Positions 35,653-45,683 of a stretch of DNA of 64,000 nt are shown here, piece after piece. This DNA is from Bacteroidota bacterium (GTDB lineage: Bacteria > Bacteroidota > Ignavibacteria > UBA10030): NCBI GenBank assembly GCA_035286705.1, contig DATECW010000088.1, forward strand, positions 2,853-66,852. Direction: 5' to 3'. Positions within the stretch are counted from its first letter, which is position 1; every line of letters starts with the position of its first letter. The position numbers were made by a program, and so were the translations under genes. The notes beneath the pieces are model-generated. The model was given only the letters and a program-made list of their open reading frames with translations, made no database searches and was not told where the DNA came from.

Positions 35653-36587
35653 AACGGTTGCGGGATGCCGGCACCGCTGTTGTCTGTTGTTTGCTTTGCG
35701 GATTTCGCCTGCTCCTCAACCGCTTCCTTGGCGTCATTCAAAAGCGATTCGGCCGTCTGCCGGAGAGAGCTTGACGGATATTTCTCCAGAAACCGCGTTG
35801 CGATATCTCTCGCGTCGCGAAAGCGCCGGCGGGCGTAAAGAGATTCCGCCTTCCTCAACAATGCCGGTTCGGCGAACGGAGAGTCATGGTATTTTTCAAG
35901 CACATGGTCAAACGAAACTGTTGCGGCACGGTAGTACTCCATTCTCATGTAGATAACGCCGCTTTCGTACTCTTTCCTGGCAAGCTTGGCATTCAGCTCA
36001 TTGATTCTCAATTCAGCATCGGGAACGCGGGGATCCGTCGGGTAATATTCCAAGAAAGCCTGAAATGCATCAATTGCCTTCACCGTGAATTCCTGGTCGT
36101 GATAATATTCAGGCGAACGGTTGTAATAACACATTGCCAGTTGATACTGCGCGTTCGATACGAACTCGGACGTCGGCATGATACGGATAAGAGTCTCATA
36201 CTCGAACGATGCCAGTATATAATCCTCGCGTCGGAATTGACATTCGCCCAGATAGAACTGAGCGTCGTCGGCGAACGCGCTTCCTTGATATTGCAGCGTC
36301 AACACTCGGAATTGTTCGTAGGCCTCCAGGTAGTCCTCCTCGTCGAATTTTTCCTTGGCGCTCTTGAACAACTCCTCCGCGCCCGGCGGACTCCCTTCAT
36401 CGCCGGAAGAACATCCTCCCATCATCAAAACAACCGCAGCAACAATCCCGACGCCGGTCAATACGAGAGATCTTGTCGGCACAACTTCACTGAATGATAG
36501 CAAACGTGGTATCCTTTCTGATAATCGAAACCCTTGACAACTTCCGAAGACGTTCCTCCAGCAGGAGCCGATCGGCGGAAGAAACAT
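35649..36587 (-). CDS. bamD: Outer-membrane protein assembly factor BamD-like TPR lipoprotein
   Basis: Lipoprotein signal ...VVLMMGGCSSG. TPR blocks typical of BamD (FADDAQFYLGECQFRREDY, NAQYQLAMCYY, AIDAFQAFLEYYP). The true start is uncertain. The ORF-track start at 36647 would overlap capA by 160 nt. Confidence 0.65.
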   Translation of the reverse strand: MFLPPIGSCWRNVFGSCQGFRLSERIPRLLSFSEVVPTRSLVLTGVGIVAAVVLMMGGCSSGDEGSPPGAEELFKSAKEKFDEEDYLEAYEQFRVLTLQYQGSAFADDAQFYLGECQFRREDYILASFEYETLIRIMPTSEFVSNAQYQLAMCYYNRSPEYYHDQEFTVKAIDAFQAFLEYYPTDPRVPDAELRINELNAKLARKEYESGVIYMRMEYYRAATVSFDHVLEKYHDSPFAEPALLRKAESLYARRRFRDARDIATRFLEKYPSSSLRQTAESLLNDAKEAVEEQAKSAKQTTDNSGAGIPQPL

Positions 36588-37509
36588 CAAACGACGGCTG
36601 GAATCCGGCCTTAAGGGGCAGAATCTCGGCTTTTTCAATCGACACACCCAGACTATCTCTCACCGCGGTGAAAGCGACGGCTATTCCCTTCTGCGTCCAT
36701 TCTCTTTGCGGTTGATAGAACACAAAATTGCCCAACGAATAGAAAATCAACTTCCCTTTGTACGATTCAACACCCTGCGGAACATGAGAATGATGTCCAA
36801 TGACAACGTCCGCACCGGCATCGATCAATGCTCTCATGTCGCTCACAGTTCGCTTGTTCGGCTGCTCGCGATATTCGTCCCCGCCGTGATAACTGACTAC
36901 AACAAGGTCGACCCGTGAACCCAGCGCTGCAATTTCCTTTTTCGCGAGTGACTTTTCGAAGAGGGCAATATGTCCAATCCAGCCGGTCTTCCTGTTGACA
37001 AACTGAGTATAAGCGAGAAACCCCATCCGGATTCCGTTCCGCTCAAGAACGACCGGCGGAAACGTACCGACTGAGTCAATCGATGTGCCGCTCCACGCGA
37101 TACCGGCATCCTTGAGATAGCCGATTGTTTCCCGCAACCCCTTCGCCTTATAGTCGTACGCGTGATTGTTTGCAGTGGCCACGAGGGTGACTCCAGCCAT
37201 CCTGAGTGCCTTCGCTGCCTGCGGGGGCGCACAGAAAATGTACCGGTCGCTGGGATGTTGAGTTTCACCATTCTGATCGGTAATCTGACTCTCGAGATTC
37301 CCCAACACAATATCATATCGTGAGAAGACGCCGGAGACGAAGAAAAACGGATAGTCCAGACTATCTTTGAGCAAGACCTGGCCAACATGTCGTCCGAGGT
37401 TGATATCTCCCACGGCGATCAACGACATTCGCCGGGCTTCGTCTCCCTGAGCTCCTGCTACTCCTGCTATTGCCGCCCATGCGACGGCCGTCAAAATCCA
37501 ATTCATCAT
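36487..37509 (-). CDS. capA: CapA/PGA_cap family metallophosphatase-like protein (paralog 1)
   Basis: Signal peptide. AVGDINLG...GNLESQI...ANNHAYDYKAKGL...VSYHGGDEY...GHHSHV motifs. Confidence 0.7.
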   Translation of the reverse strand: MMNWILTAVAWAAIAGVAGAQGDEARRMSLIAVGDINLGRHVGQVLLKDSLDYPFFFVSGVFSRYDIVLGNLESQITDQNGETQHPSDRYIFCAPPQAAKALRMAGVTLVATANNHAYDYKAKGLRETIGYLKDAGIAWSGTSIDSVGTFPPVVLERNGIRMGFLAYTQFVNRKTGWIGHIALFEKSLAKKEIAALGSRVDLVVVSYHGGDEYREQPNKRTVSDMRALIDAGADVVIGHHSHVPQGVESYKGKLIFYSLGNFVFYQPQREWTQKGIAVAFTAVRDSLGVSIEKAEILPLKAGFQPSFDVSSADRLLLEERLRKLSRVSIIRKDTTFAIIQ

Positions 37510-37614
37510 CCGGGGCGCTGCCACTCTGTCATTGTTGTGTTTGAAAATGCAAAGTGCGATTGGAGCTGCCGTAGACCTCTGAGCGAGAACCAAGATCTTC
37601 TTCTACAATCGGCA

Positions 37615-38154
37615 CTAGCTTCGTATGGTGAAAAACAGATAAACAACCAGGATGGTCCCTGCTATTACGACGAGCGGTTCGAGGATTCGTTCCAGGACAG
37701 TCCCGCCCGGAGGGCCGTTTTCTAACGGCTTAATTGGCACATCGCTACGGAATCTGCCGAGATAACTCACGCTTCCATCCCCTTCTTCCCACCTGGCATC
37801 GCAACTCGTTTGAAGAGAAGGGCTTTCGAGAGTCACAATCCCGGAAATTCGGAGCACCCGTGTTTCACCCGAGGCCTTTTCTTCTGTGATCATCAACTGC
37901 GCCCCTTTCCGCCCGAAGGAGACGAGAAAGGCATTCTCAATGGTAGACCTGTCCTTCTCCGCTTCCACAACAAGCATCACCCGCCCCAAAGACGCCAACG
38001 GGATTCTCACAAAGATGGACTCAGCGAGCGTCTCCCATTGAACCCTCAGGGAATTGACATCGGCATCTTTCCCCGATTGTGCCATTGAAGAGGACACGCC
38101 AATCGTCACCAGCAGCGCGATATTCGCGGAAGCCAGATTCACGAAGAGATACAA
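37615..38154 (-). CDS. Hypothetical protein with N-terminal signal/TM and C-terminal TM helix
   Basis: Hydrophobic N-terminus and C-terminal LVVIAGTILVVYLFFTI. No recognised motif. Confidence 0.35.
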   Translation of the reverse strand: MYLFVNLASANIALLVTIGVSSSMAQSGKDADVNSLRVQWETLAESIFVRIPLASLGRVMLVVEAEKDRSTIENAFLVSFGRKGAQLMITEEKASGETRVLRISGIVTLESPSLQTSCDARWEEGDGSVSYLGRFRSDVPIKPLENGPPGGTVLERILEPLVVIAGTILVVYLFFTIRS

Positions 38155-38264
38155 CCCAAAATGACAAGGTAGCGAAAACTCAAGGGATATTCAACCAGGC
38201 AGGCCGTCAGGTAGTGTCTCAATTTGCCTCTTCGACCACAATGAGATTGAGACACTGCCGACCC

Positions 38265-39125
38265 TCAACCACGTTGCTCTCTCATCTCCACGATTCTCTG
38301 AAGTGCACGAAGCAAAAGGGCGGGATCTTCATCAAGCACGTGGCGCGATAATCGACGCGCGCGACGAACGTTCTCCGACGAAAGTTCGGCGATGAGCAGG
38401 TCCTCTTCGAACGTTTTTGCTACTGTCAGCGACTCACCCGAGGGATCTGTGACACTGGATCCTCCCCAGAAATTCACACCATCCTCAAATCCAACCCTGT
38501 TCGAGAAAAGAAAGTACGTTCCAAGAAGGCGTGCGTACGTTCTATGATGCTCGTGATTGACCTGAGCCGTCGCGAGACCTTCCTTGTCTCCTGCGATCCT
38601 GGTCGGACTCGCGGTAAGACACAACAGGGCCTCGGCACCATCCATCGTCAGGGCATAAGGAACGGACATATGCCAGACATCCTCGCAGATCAACATGCCA
38701 AACCGGCCGTGTTTTGAATCGAATGAACGCAAGGACCTGCCACGGCTGAAATACCGTCCTTCTTCAAACATTCCGTACGTCGGCAAGTACAACTTCCGAT
38801 GGGTGTGCCGGATACGTCCGTCTTCCAGAAAAAGAGCGGAGTTGTACATTGCGTGGTTTTCACCGTTCTCAACACACCCACAGGCGATGGAAATCTGATT
38901 GCTTTTCCTGAGAAGTTTTCGGAGCAGTGGATTTCGAAGAGGATCGATCGCTACTTCCCATGCAAGATCGCGGAGAGTATATCCCGTGAGGCTCAGCTCC
39001 GGGAAGAGAATCAACTTTGCCTTCTGGCGGATGGCCCGGTTGATGAACTCGAGATGACGGTCGACATTTTCCCGAAGATCGCCAACGGTACAATCGATTT
39101 GTGCTATTGCTGCACGGAGGTTCAT
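38265..39125 (-). CDS. Carbon-nitrogen hydrolase (nitrilase superfamily) protein
   Basis: The E-K-C triad context is LILFPELSLTGY ... MLICEDVWH. 286 aa. Confidence 0.75.
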   Translation of the reverse strand: MNLRAAIAQIDCTVGDLRENVDRHLEFINRAIRQKAKLILFPELSLTGYTLRDLAWEVAIDPLRNPLLRKLLRKSNQISIACGCVENGENHAMYNSALFLEDGRIRHTHRKLYLPTYGMFEEGRYFSRGRSLRSFDSKHGRFGMLICEDVWHMSVPYALTMDGAEALLCLTASPTRIAGDKEGLATAQVNHEHHRTYARLLGTYFLFSNRVGFEDGVNFWGGSSVTDPSGESLTVAKTFEEDLLIAELSSENVRRARRLSRHVLDEDPALLLRALQRIVEMREQRG

Positions 39126-39131
39126 TGGTCT

Positions 39132-39806
39132 TCAGGAAATATCAATCATTCGGATATCTTTGATATACTGGACGGTCTTGTCTTCCTTCAGATTCTTGAG
39201 CTTCTCAATCTTGAAATGGATTCGGTCAACATTTTCCTTGATGATGGAAAGATATTTTTCCGTCTTGTCACTCGGTTCGCCCTCAAGCAGTTCCTGCACA
39301 ATGGTTTTCATGGCATCGAGGGGCGCTGCGACCTCGTTCGTAATATTGACGATCATCTCCTGAATCGCCTCCAGTCGTTTCTTCCTGATCTCGAGTTCCC
39401 CCATTTCCCTTTGCAGCTTCCGCTTCTCCACCACGCTCATAATCGTCTTCGGAAGGATCGGCGTGGAGATTTCCTCTTTGACAAGATAATCTTCAACGCC
39501 CAGTTTCATGACTTCGACGGCGAGGTTGACGTCTTTGTTCACTGTAAGGAACACCACCGGGGTTGCGACATTTTTCTGCTGCAGGTTGCGCGTCACTTCC
39601 AGTCCGTTCAAACCCGGAAGGAAGTAATCCATAAGGATAACATCGTAATGACGCGCGATCGCTTCATCGACACCTTCCCTTCCATTACCCTTCCATTCCA
39701 CGATGAATTTCATTTCCTCAGATCTGCCAAGGTACAGTTTCACCAGTTTGGCAAAATCGGCGTTGTCTTCTATGAGCAGCACTTTGACAGACTGTTGTTC
39801 GTCCAT
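39132..39806 (-). CDS. Response regulator receiver protein with C-terminal coiled-coil (DHp-like) extension, no DNA-binding output
   Basis: REC motifs VLLIEDN...ILMDYFLPGLNG...VVFLTV...LGVEDYLVK. The C-terminal 110 aa are helical (EMGELEIRKKRLEAIQEM...). Start at MDEQQ. Confidence 0.7.
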   Translation of the reverse strand: MDEQQSVKVLLIEDNADFAKLVKLYLGRSEEMKFIVEWKGNGREGVDEAIARHYDVILMDYFLPGLNGLEVTRNLQQKNVATPVVFLTVNKDVNLAVEVMKLGVEDYLVKEEISTPILPKTIMSVVEKRKLQREMGELEIRKKRLEAIQEMIVNITNEVAAPLDAMKTIVQELLEGEPSDKTEKYLSIIKENVDRIHFKIEKLKNLKEDKTVQYIKDIRMIDIS

Positions 39807-39807
39807 A

Positions 39808-40248
39808 TTATCCTCTGCGGGGAAGCTTTGCAATCCTCGACCAGTAATCAAGTACGGATTGGAGTGAGTCGCTGAGTTCATTCAAGATCACAGCTTTGCT
39901 GATGTACGTGCTTGCACCAAGTTCATAGGCCCTGCAAATATCCTCATCCCTTTCAGAGCTGCTAAGGATGATCACCGGAACGTTTTTCGACGACTCGCTC
40001 GATTTCAGCTGCACCAACACATCCTTCCCATCGATTTTCGGGAGATTGAAATCCAGGAAAATGAGGTCGGGCGGGCCGCTCAGCCGGTGTCCGGCCTTCG
40101 CAAGATGATTGAGTGCAGTCTCAGCGTCCTGAAAGAACGTCAGGTGTGTCTGGTGACTGGTCCGCTCAAATGCCCACTTAAGAATCTTCGCATGATCCTG
40201 GTTGTCTTCGATCAGGACAATACGAAGCGGAATGCCGTTGTCCGCCAC
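39808..40248 (-). CDS. Single-domain response regulator (CheY-like)
   Basis: IVLIEDNQDHAKIL...LIFLDFNLPKIDGKDVL...VIILSSS...LGASTYISKA. Confidence 0.8.
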   Translation of the reverse strand: MADNGIPLRIVLIEDNQDHAKILKWAFERTSHQTHLTFFQDAETALNHLAKAGHRLSGPPDLIFLDFNLPKIDGKDVLVQLKSSESSKNVPVIILSSSERDEDICRAYELGASTYISKAVILNELSDSLQSVLDYWSRIAKLPRRG

Positions 40249-40261
40249 GTGTCACTCCTTT

Positions 40262-42697
40262 TTAGCTCGTCGGCAACGTGAAATGGAAAGTTGATCCTTC
40301 TCCCTTTTTTGAGGTCACCCAAATCTGGCCTCCAAGACCCTCAATGATCTTCTTTACAATTGTCAATCCTGCCCCTGTTCCTTCGTACTCTTCTTTCATA
40401 TGCAGCCTTTGGAAGATCATGAAAATACGCTCAAAATACTCCTCTTCGATCCCTATGCCGTTGTCAGAAACCAATATTTCAGTCTGATGCCCGCGCGGCA
40501 CGTGTTTGATCACGATTCGAGGTACCTGTTTGTCGCAGAATTTCACCCCATTCGAGAGAATATTGCGGAACACGATTCTGAGATGCTGGTCCACGCCCAG
40601 GACCTTCGGGAGGGTCGGTTGAATCTCAATGACGGCCTGCCGCTCGCGCAGGGTATACTGCATCTCTTCCAGGACGCCCTGAATGAGGCTGTACAAATCG
40701 ATGGGTGTCCTCTTTTCAGCCAGCTTGCTCACTCTTGATAGCAGGAGAAGGTCCTCGATGAGTCTTTTCATGTGGGAACAGGATTCCACGATCGATTTGA
40801 CATATTCCCGTCCGGACTCATCAAACGAATCCTCGTATTCCTGGCGGAGGATCTTTGCGTATCCTTCGACGCTGATGAGTGGCTCCTTCAGGTCGTGAGA
40901 CACCACGTAGGTGAAATCATCCAGTTCTTTGTTGCGTGCTTCAATTTCAGTGGATTTCTCCAACGTTTCCTGATACAGCTTCGCCTTTTCAATCGCAATT
41001 GCGGCGACGTTTGCGATGCTTTCCAGAAGAGTGAGCTGGTCGCGGGTGTAAGCGTTCAGGTCATAGGACTGCGCGGACATGATCCCAATAATCCGATCTT
41101 TGGAAAACATCGGGGCATGCATCAGAGATGCGGAAGCGCGCGACGTATCCCCAAAGGCCATGAGTTCCGGTTTGTCGGGAATCGACTTGCGAAGGTCAAG
41201 CAACGGCCGGCGCTTCGATACGACATTCCAGCTCGCTGTTTGTCGCTCGAGCGGGATGGGATCCGCAGGGATTGCAAGCTCCCTTTGCTGCCCGTCGATG
41301 ATGTCGACAACGTACAGCCACTGCACTTCCTGCCGTTCTTCATCGTAGAGATCGATGTAGAATGCATCCGTCGGAATGACTTTCTTGAGCTGGCGGAACG
41401 TTATCTTGCCGATTTCCACCGGGTCGAGAGTTCCGCCCAACATCTTGCTCAGCTCATACAGCACCTCCAGACGTTTGACCTGGCGGTCCAGCTCAACCCG
41501 CGCGGTTTGCCGTTCCGTGATATCGCGGGCAATATTCACCATGAGAATAGGATCGCCGGCGGAGTTGTGAAGAAGAGTCGTGTTGAGACTCACCTCAATT
41601 TTTTGCCCTCCTTTGTTGACCCAAGTGATGTCAAAGTCGCGAAGCTCGCTGTGTGATCTCAGTCCTTCCAGCCATGCCATATAGATGCGCAGGCCCTCTT
41701 CGTCGATCCATGGGTACGGGATGGTCGCGTTCAGTGCTTCCTGCCGTCGGTAACCGGTCAACCTCTCGAATTCTTCGTTCACGTCAAGAACTCTTCCCTG
41801 CAGATCGGTAATGACAAGCGCGTCAACCATCGAGTTTACCACGTTACGAAAGAGGCGCTCGGAATCAGTGAGACGCTTCTCCAACTCTTTTCGCAGAGTG
41901 ATGTCGCTGATGGTGAGATTCAGAGCAAGCTCGCCTTTGTACGATCCCAGAGTCAACGTGGCCTCCACCTCAATGGCCGAGCCGTTGATTTCGATCATTT
42001 GAGTCTCAAACCGATCAGGAACCGATTCTCCGTTCACTTTCCGGCGAAGAAGGAGCTGAAAAAACCGCCGTGAGTGGGGCTCGACAAACTCGAGGATACT
42101 GTGCCCGGGGATCGATTCGGCGGAACGATGTCCCAGGATGCGGGCAAACATTTGATTGGCGACAACGATTTCTTCACCCCGGAGAATGCCGACACCGTAG
42201 GGTGAATGTTGTATGATCGACTGATAGTAGCCCTCCTCATCCATGCTGTCGGTAACAATCACCTGAGAGAGAAATGATGAAGACTTCAGCCGGCTTGACT
42301 TAGTCCGCGGACCGCCTTTCATCCCTTCTTCCTTCATTGTGAGAAGGTACCGGCCGGAATCGAGTGCATTCCATCGAATCTCGACCGGGCACATTTCCGC
42401 GCTTTTGGATGCGGCCTGGGTCTGGAGAGTCCCGTCTTTGCGTCTTAGAAACAACTGGTGATCAATCGACGGGAAAAGATGGTTCAGCGTGGTTTTTGAT
42501 GAGAGACGAGACGGGAGACTCAGGAGAAGGCGTGCATGTTTGTTCGCGGCGAGAACGAGCCCATCGCGTTTGACGATCATACAGGGCTCGGGGAAGACCT
42601 CGAAACTGCGGGAAAAGTCCAACATTCCGGCCGCAAGCGGTACCTGCTGCTTCGCCCGCGGGGGCGTTTTCGTTCGACGACGAGGCCGAGATTTCAC
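40262..42697 (-). CDS. Multi-PAS/GAF sensor histidine kinase
   Basis: HisKA H-box VSHDLKEPL. HATPase N/G-boxes (NILSNGVKF, GTGAGLTIVKKIIEGLGGQIWV). Several PAS-like and one GAF-like segment upstream. No TM helix. Confidence 0.8.
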   Translation of the reverse strand: MKSRPRRRTKTPPRAKQQVPLAAGMLDFSRSFEVFPEPCMIVKRDGLVLAANKHARLLLSLPSRLSSKTTLNHLFPSIDHQLFLRRKDGTLQTQAASKSAEMCPVEIRWNALDSGRYLLTMKEEGMKGGPRTKSSRLKSSSFLSQVIVTDSMDEEGYYQSIIQHSPYGVGILRGEEIVVANQMFARILGHRSAESIPGHSILEFVEPHSRRFFQLLLRRKVNGESVPDRFETQMIEINGSAIEVEATLTLGSYKGELALNLTISDITLRKELEKRLTDSERLFRNVVNSMVDALVITDLQGRVLDVNEEFERLTGYRRQEALNATIPYPWIDEEGLRIYMAWLEGLRSHSELRDFDITWVNKGGQKIEVSLNTTLLHNSAGDPILMVNIARDITERQTARVELDRQVKRLEVLYELSKMLGGTLDPVEIGKITFRQLKKVIPTDAFYIDLYDEERQEVQWLYVVDIIDGQQRELAIPADPIPLERQTASWNVVSKRRPLLDLRKSIPDKPELMAFGDTSRASASLMHAPMFSKDRIIGIMSAQSYDLNAYTRDQLTLLESIANVAAIAIEKAKLYQETLEKSTEIEARNKELDDFTYVVSHDLKEPLISVEGYAKILRQEYEDSFDESGREYVKSIVESCSHMKRLIEDLLLLSRVSKLAEKRTPIDLYSLIQGVLEEMQYTLRERQAVIEIQPTLPKVLGVDQHLRIVFRNILSNGVKFCDKQVPRIVIKHVPRGHQTEILVSDNGIGIEEEYFERIFMIFQRLHMKEEYEGTGAGLTIVKKIIEGLGGQIWVTSKKGEGSTFHFTLPTS

Positions 42698-43734
42698 CGT
42701 ACCTCCGCGCTCACCTCTTCGGGGCTGGTTCGCCCGACGTACGCCGCTAGCTCCCGGAGCCGCTCCATAAGAACGCGAAACTTGTCCGGACGCAGCGACT
42801 GAAATCCATCCGACAGAGCCGACTCGGGACTGGGATGCACTTCAATGATCAACCCATCCGCCCCGGCGACAATGGCCGCCTGAGCCATGGGAATCACGAG
42901 ATCCCATGCACCCGTCCCGTGACTCGGATCCACGATGAAAGGCAAATGGGACAACTTTTTCGCGAGTGGAACTGCATTCAGGTCCAAGGTATTCCTTGTA
43001 TAGGTCTCAAAGGTCCGAATCCCGCGCTCGCAGAGAATGATATTGTAATTACCTCGCGAAGCAATGTACTCCGCAGACATGAGCAATTCTTCGAGAGTGG
43101 CGGAAAACGAGCGCTTCAACAGCACGGGCTTGCCGATTTCACCGAGCTTTTCCAGCAAAGTGAAATTGTACATGTTCCGGGCACCGACCTGAATGACATC
43201 CGCCTGTTGCGCCACCTGTGAAAGGGTCTCGGTATCCTTGGCTTCCGTCACAATGTGCATTCCGGTCTTGTCCGCAGCCTCGCGGAGATACTCCAGACCC
43301 TCGAGTTTCAGTCCTTGAAATGAATATGGCGACGTCCGAGGTTTGAATGCACCGCCCCGCAGGAACTTTACACCCATCTCCCGAAGCATTATTGCAGTCT
43401 CAAGAATCTGCGTACGGCTTTCGACCGAACACGGGCCGGCAATGATGGTAAGTTCCTTGCCCCCTATTTCGCTGCCGCCGACCCGAACGATGGTACTTTC
43501 CGGCTTGATCTCGCGGCTGACAAGCTTAAACGGTTTGGACACCGGTATAGCATCGAGCACCCCGGGCAAGCTCAAGAAGAGATCCGGACTCACGCGACCT
43601 CTGTTTCCCGTTATCCCAATGGCTACCCGCTGGGCCCCGGGAATTTCGTGCGGAACATACCCCAGCTTCTTGACCTTCTCCTTGACCGTTTCGATCTCGG
43701 AAGGGGTGACGCCTTGTTTCATCAGAATGAGCAT
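42694..43734 (-). CDS. 3-deoxy-7-phosphoheptulonate (DAHP) synthase, Thermotoga/AroG2 type with N-terminal ferredoxin-like regulatory domain
   Basis: TIIAGPCSVES, KPRTSPYSFQGL and FIVDPSHG motifs. The N-terminal 70 aa are an ACT/FL-like extension. Confidence 0.8.
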   Translation of the reverse strand: MLILMKQGVTPSEIETVKEKVKKLGYVPHEIPGAQRVAIGITGNRGRVSPDLFLSLPGVLDAIPVSKPFKLVSREIKPESTIVRVGGSEIGGKELTIIAGPCSVESRTQILETAIMLREMGVKFLRGGAFKPRTSPYSFQGLKLEGLEYLREAADKTGMHIVTEAKDTETLSQVAQQADVIQVGARNMYNFTLLEKLGEIGKPVLLKRSFSATLEELLMSAEYIASRGNYNIILCERGIRTFETYTRNTLDLNAVPLAKKLSHLPFIVDPSHGTGAWDLVIPMAQAAIVAGADGLIIEVHPSPESALSDGFQSLRPDKFRVLMERLRELAAYVGRTSPEEVSAEVR

Positions 43735-43754
43735 TGCTATCGCTTCGCTCCTCG

Positions 43755-44360
43755 CTAGAACCGCACCTGCGGCGCATCCTGGGCACCGCTGACGGCCTGG
43801 AAGTACTGAGCTTCCTTGAAATTGCCAAAACCTGCCACCAGGGAGCCGGGGAACCGACGAATTGTTGTATTAAATTCCTGCACCGTCTCATTGAACCGAT
43901 TCCGTGCGACAGCGATCCTGTTCTCTGTTCCTTCCAGCTGCGATTGGAGCTGTAAGAAATTCTCGTTGGACTTGAGTATGGGATAGTTTTCAACAACAGC
44001 CAGAAGGCGTGACAACGCGGAACTCAGACCATCCTGTGCACTTTGGAACCGTGCAAAGGCTTCCGGATTGTTCAGAACTTCAGGAGTGACCGTGATCTGA
44101 CCGACCCGAGCCCTCGCACTCACCACGTTGTCGAGAACCTCTCTTTCCTGCTTCGCAAATCCCTTAACGGTTTCAACAAGATTGGGAATCAGATCGTAAC
44201 GACGCTGGTACTGGCTTTCCACCTGTCCCCAGCTCGATTTCACTCCCTCATCGAGCCCTACAATCTTGTTATAGGTCGAAACAGCCCAAACAATAAGAAT
44301 CGAGACGACAAACAAAATTCCGATAAGTGCCACGATACCAATTGAGAGTTTTCGGTTCAT
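43755..44360 (-). CDS. lemA: LemA family protein
   Basis: N-terminal TM helix, then the LemA signature (WGQVESQYQRRYDLIPNLVETVKGFAKQEREVL...). Start moved to MNRKLS. Confidence 0.8.
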   Translation of the reverse strand: MNRKLSIGIVALIGILFVVSILIVWAVSTYNKIVGLDEGVKSSWGQVESQYQRRYDLIPNLVETVKGFAKQEREVLDNVVSARARVGQITVTPEVLNNPEAFARFQSAQDGLSSALSRLLAVVENYPILKSNENFLQLQSQLEGTENRIAVARNRFNETVQEFNTTIRRFPGSLVAGFGNFKEAQYFQAVSGAQDAPQVRF

Positions 44361-45334
44361 TCTTCTGCTCCTGGTGCAAGTATGTTTTTCATAAAATTCC
44401 GTGAACGTTCCTCGACAAGCTGCAGTACTTTGCGCTTCTGCGCACCAACGGCGAGCACTGGTTGCCACCGTTTCACGGTGACCGGAAGAAGCTGCACGAC
44501 GACGCTGTCGCCCAAGGTTACTTTCAAAACCCCCGTTTCATAGGTATGTTGAGTATTCCCTCCAAAAACAAAGTTACCAAGGGAATACGCAATGTGTTTT
44601 CCCTGATATTGTTCAATGCCCTGAAGGACGTGCGGATGATGGCCCACGATCAAGTCGGCACCAGCCTCTATGACACGGTGTGCGAGGCGGACTTGCCATT
44701 GAACCGGCTCGGGAGCCCGCTCTGTTCCCCAATGAAAATTGACGACAACAAAATCCGCCTTTTTCCGAAGAGACCGCACATCCTCAATGATGTACCTCTC
44801 AAATCGGGGTGCAAATCCCGGGCGGGTCGCTGTTGCAGCATACTCTCCCCCGCCATAGTATCCAAGAAAGCCGATCCTGCGTCCTTTTGTTTCCAGAATC
44901 ACGGGCGTTCGGGCACCGCGAAGGTCCTTTCCTATTCCCACAAACTTCACTCCCGCAGAATCGAGGTTTCTCATAGTTTCTTCGATCCCCTGCAACCCAT
45001 AGTCAAACACATGGTTATTGGCGCAATTAACAAGAGAAACGCCGCCGCTCTTCAACGTTCCGATCGCAGCAGGATTCATCTTGAAATTGTATTTCTTCTC
45101 GACCTTTTCAACCCCCGTTGTGACCGGATGCTCCAGATTCACCATGAAAATATCGCAATCCCCGCCCGGCTTCCACAACCCGAACACATAGGACGTGTCC
45201 ATGCCAATGTGACGTTCCACATTGTCCGAGAGAGTCACATCTCCGGCAAAGAGGATCGTCACTGGTTCGGGGGTCTGCGCCGCGAGAGTGCAGATCCCCG
45301 TTGAAATTATTACAGCAATGAAGAGACGGCGCAT
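44357..45334 (-). CDS. capA: CapA/PGA_cap family protein (paralog 2)
   Basis: Signal peptide. FAGDVTL...VNLEHPVT...CANNHVFDYG...VNFHWGTE...GHHPHVLQG motifs. Confidence 0.7.
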   Translation of the reverse strand: MRRLFIAVIISTGICTLAAQTPEPVTILFAGDVTLSDNVERHIGMDTSYVFGLWKPGGDCDIFMVNLEHPVTTGVEKVEKKYNFKMNPAAIGTLKSGGVSLVNCANNHVFDYGLQGIEETMRNLDSAGVKFVGIGKDLRGARTPVILETKGRRIGFLGYYGGGEYAATATRPGFAPRFERYIIEDVRSLRKKADFVVVNFHWGTERAPEPVQWQVRLAHRVIEAGADLIVGHHPHVLQGIEQYQGKHIAYSLGNFVFGGNTQHTYETGVLKVTLGDSVVVQLLPVTVKRWQPVLAVGAQKRKVLQLVEERSRNFMKNILAPGAEE

Positions 45335-45402
45335 TGGTGGTGTAATTTTTTCTATGGTACGAAATGTTCACGGTAAAAACAACAAAGCCGACGAGAGGCG
45401 GT

Positions 45403-45466
45403 GAGCACTTGGCTTTTCTCTGTGTCCGCTGTGGTAACATTGTTCACCACAGAGCGCACAGAGAAG
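45403..45466. repeat. Second copy of the CTCTGTG/CACAGAG palindromic element, in the panD upstream region
   Basis: ttctctgtgtccgctgtggtaacattgttcaccacagagcgcacagagaag is an imperfect inverted repeat, with arms about 20 bp. It shares ctctgtgtcc and cacagag..cacagag with the ccmB-ccmC element. Confidence 0.55.
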
Positions 45467-45477
45467 GCACGCCCGCC

Positions 45478-45504
45478 CCCGCCCGACCAAGTCGTTCGGG
45501 CGGG
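45478..45504. other. Perfect 9-bp GC-rich stem-loop (cccgcccga / ccaagtcgt / tcgggcggg)
   Basis: Read directly. 9-bp stem, 9-nt loop, no downstream T-run. Located between the capA stop and the panD start. Confidence 0.5.
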
Positions 45505-45683
45505 CGACCGAACGCATCTGACCTCCGCGCGGTCATTCGGGCGGGGAGGGCACGGAGAATTCAGAGTCACACCGCTGCGCGTAGCTTGCTTTCGTTTGTC
45601 ACTCTCCCTTTTTCCCCTGGAGAAGGTATTTTGCATTTGAACCAATCCCACAGTATGTTTGTTCAAAGATACGACCGAATCTC

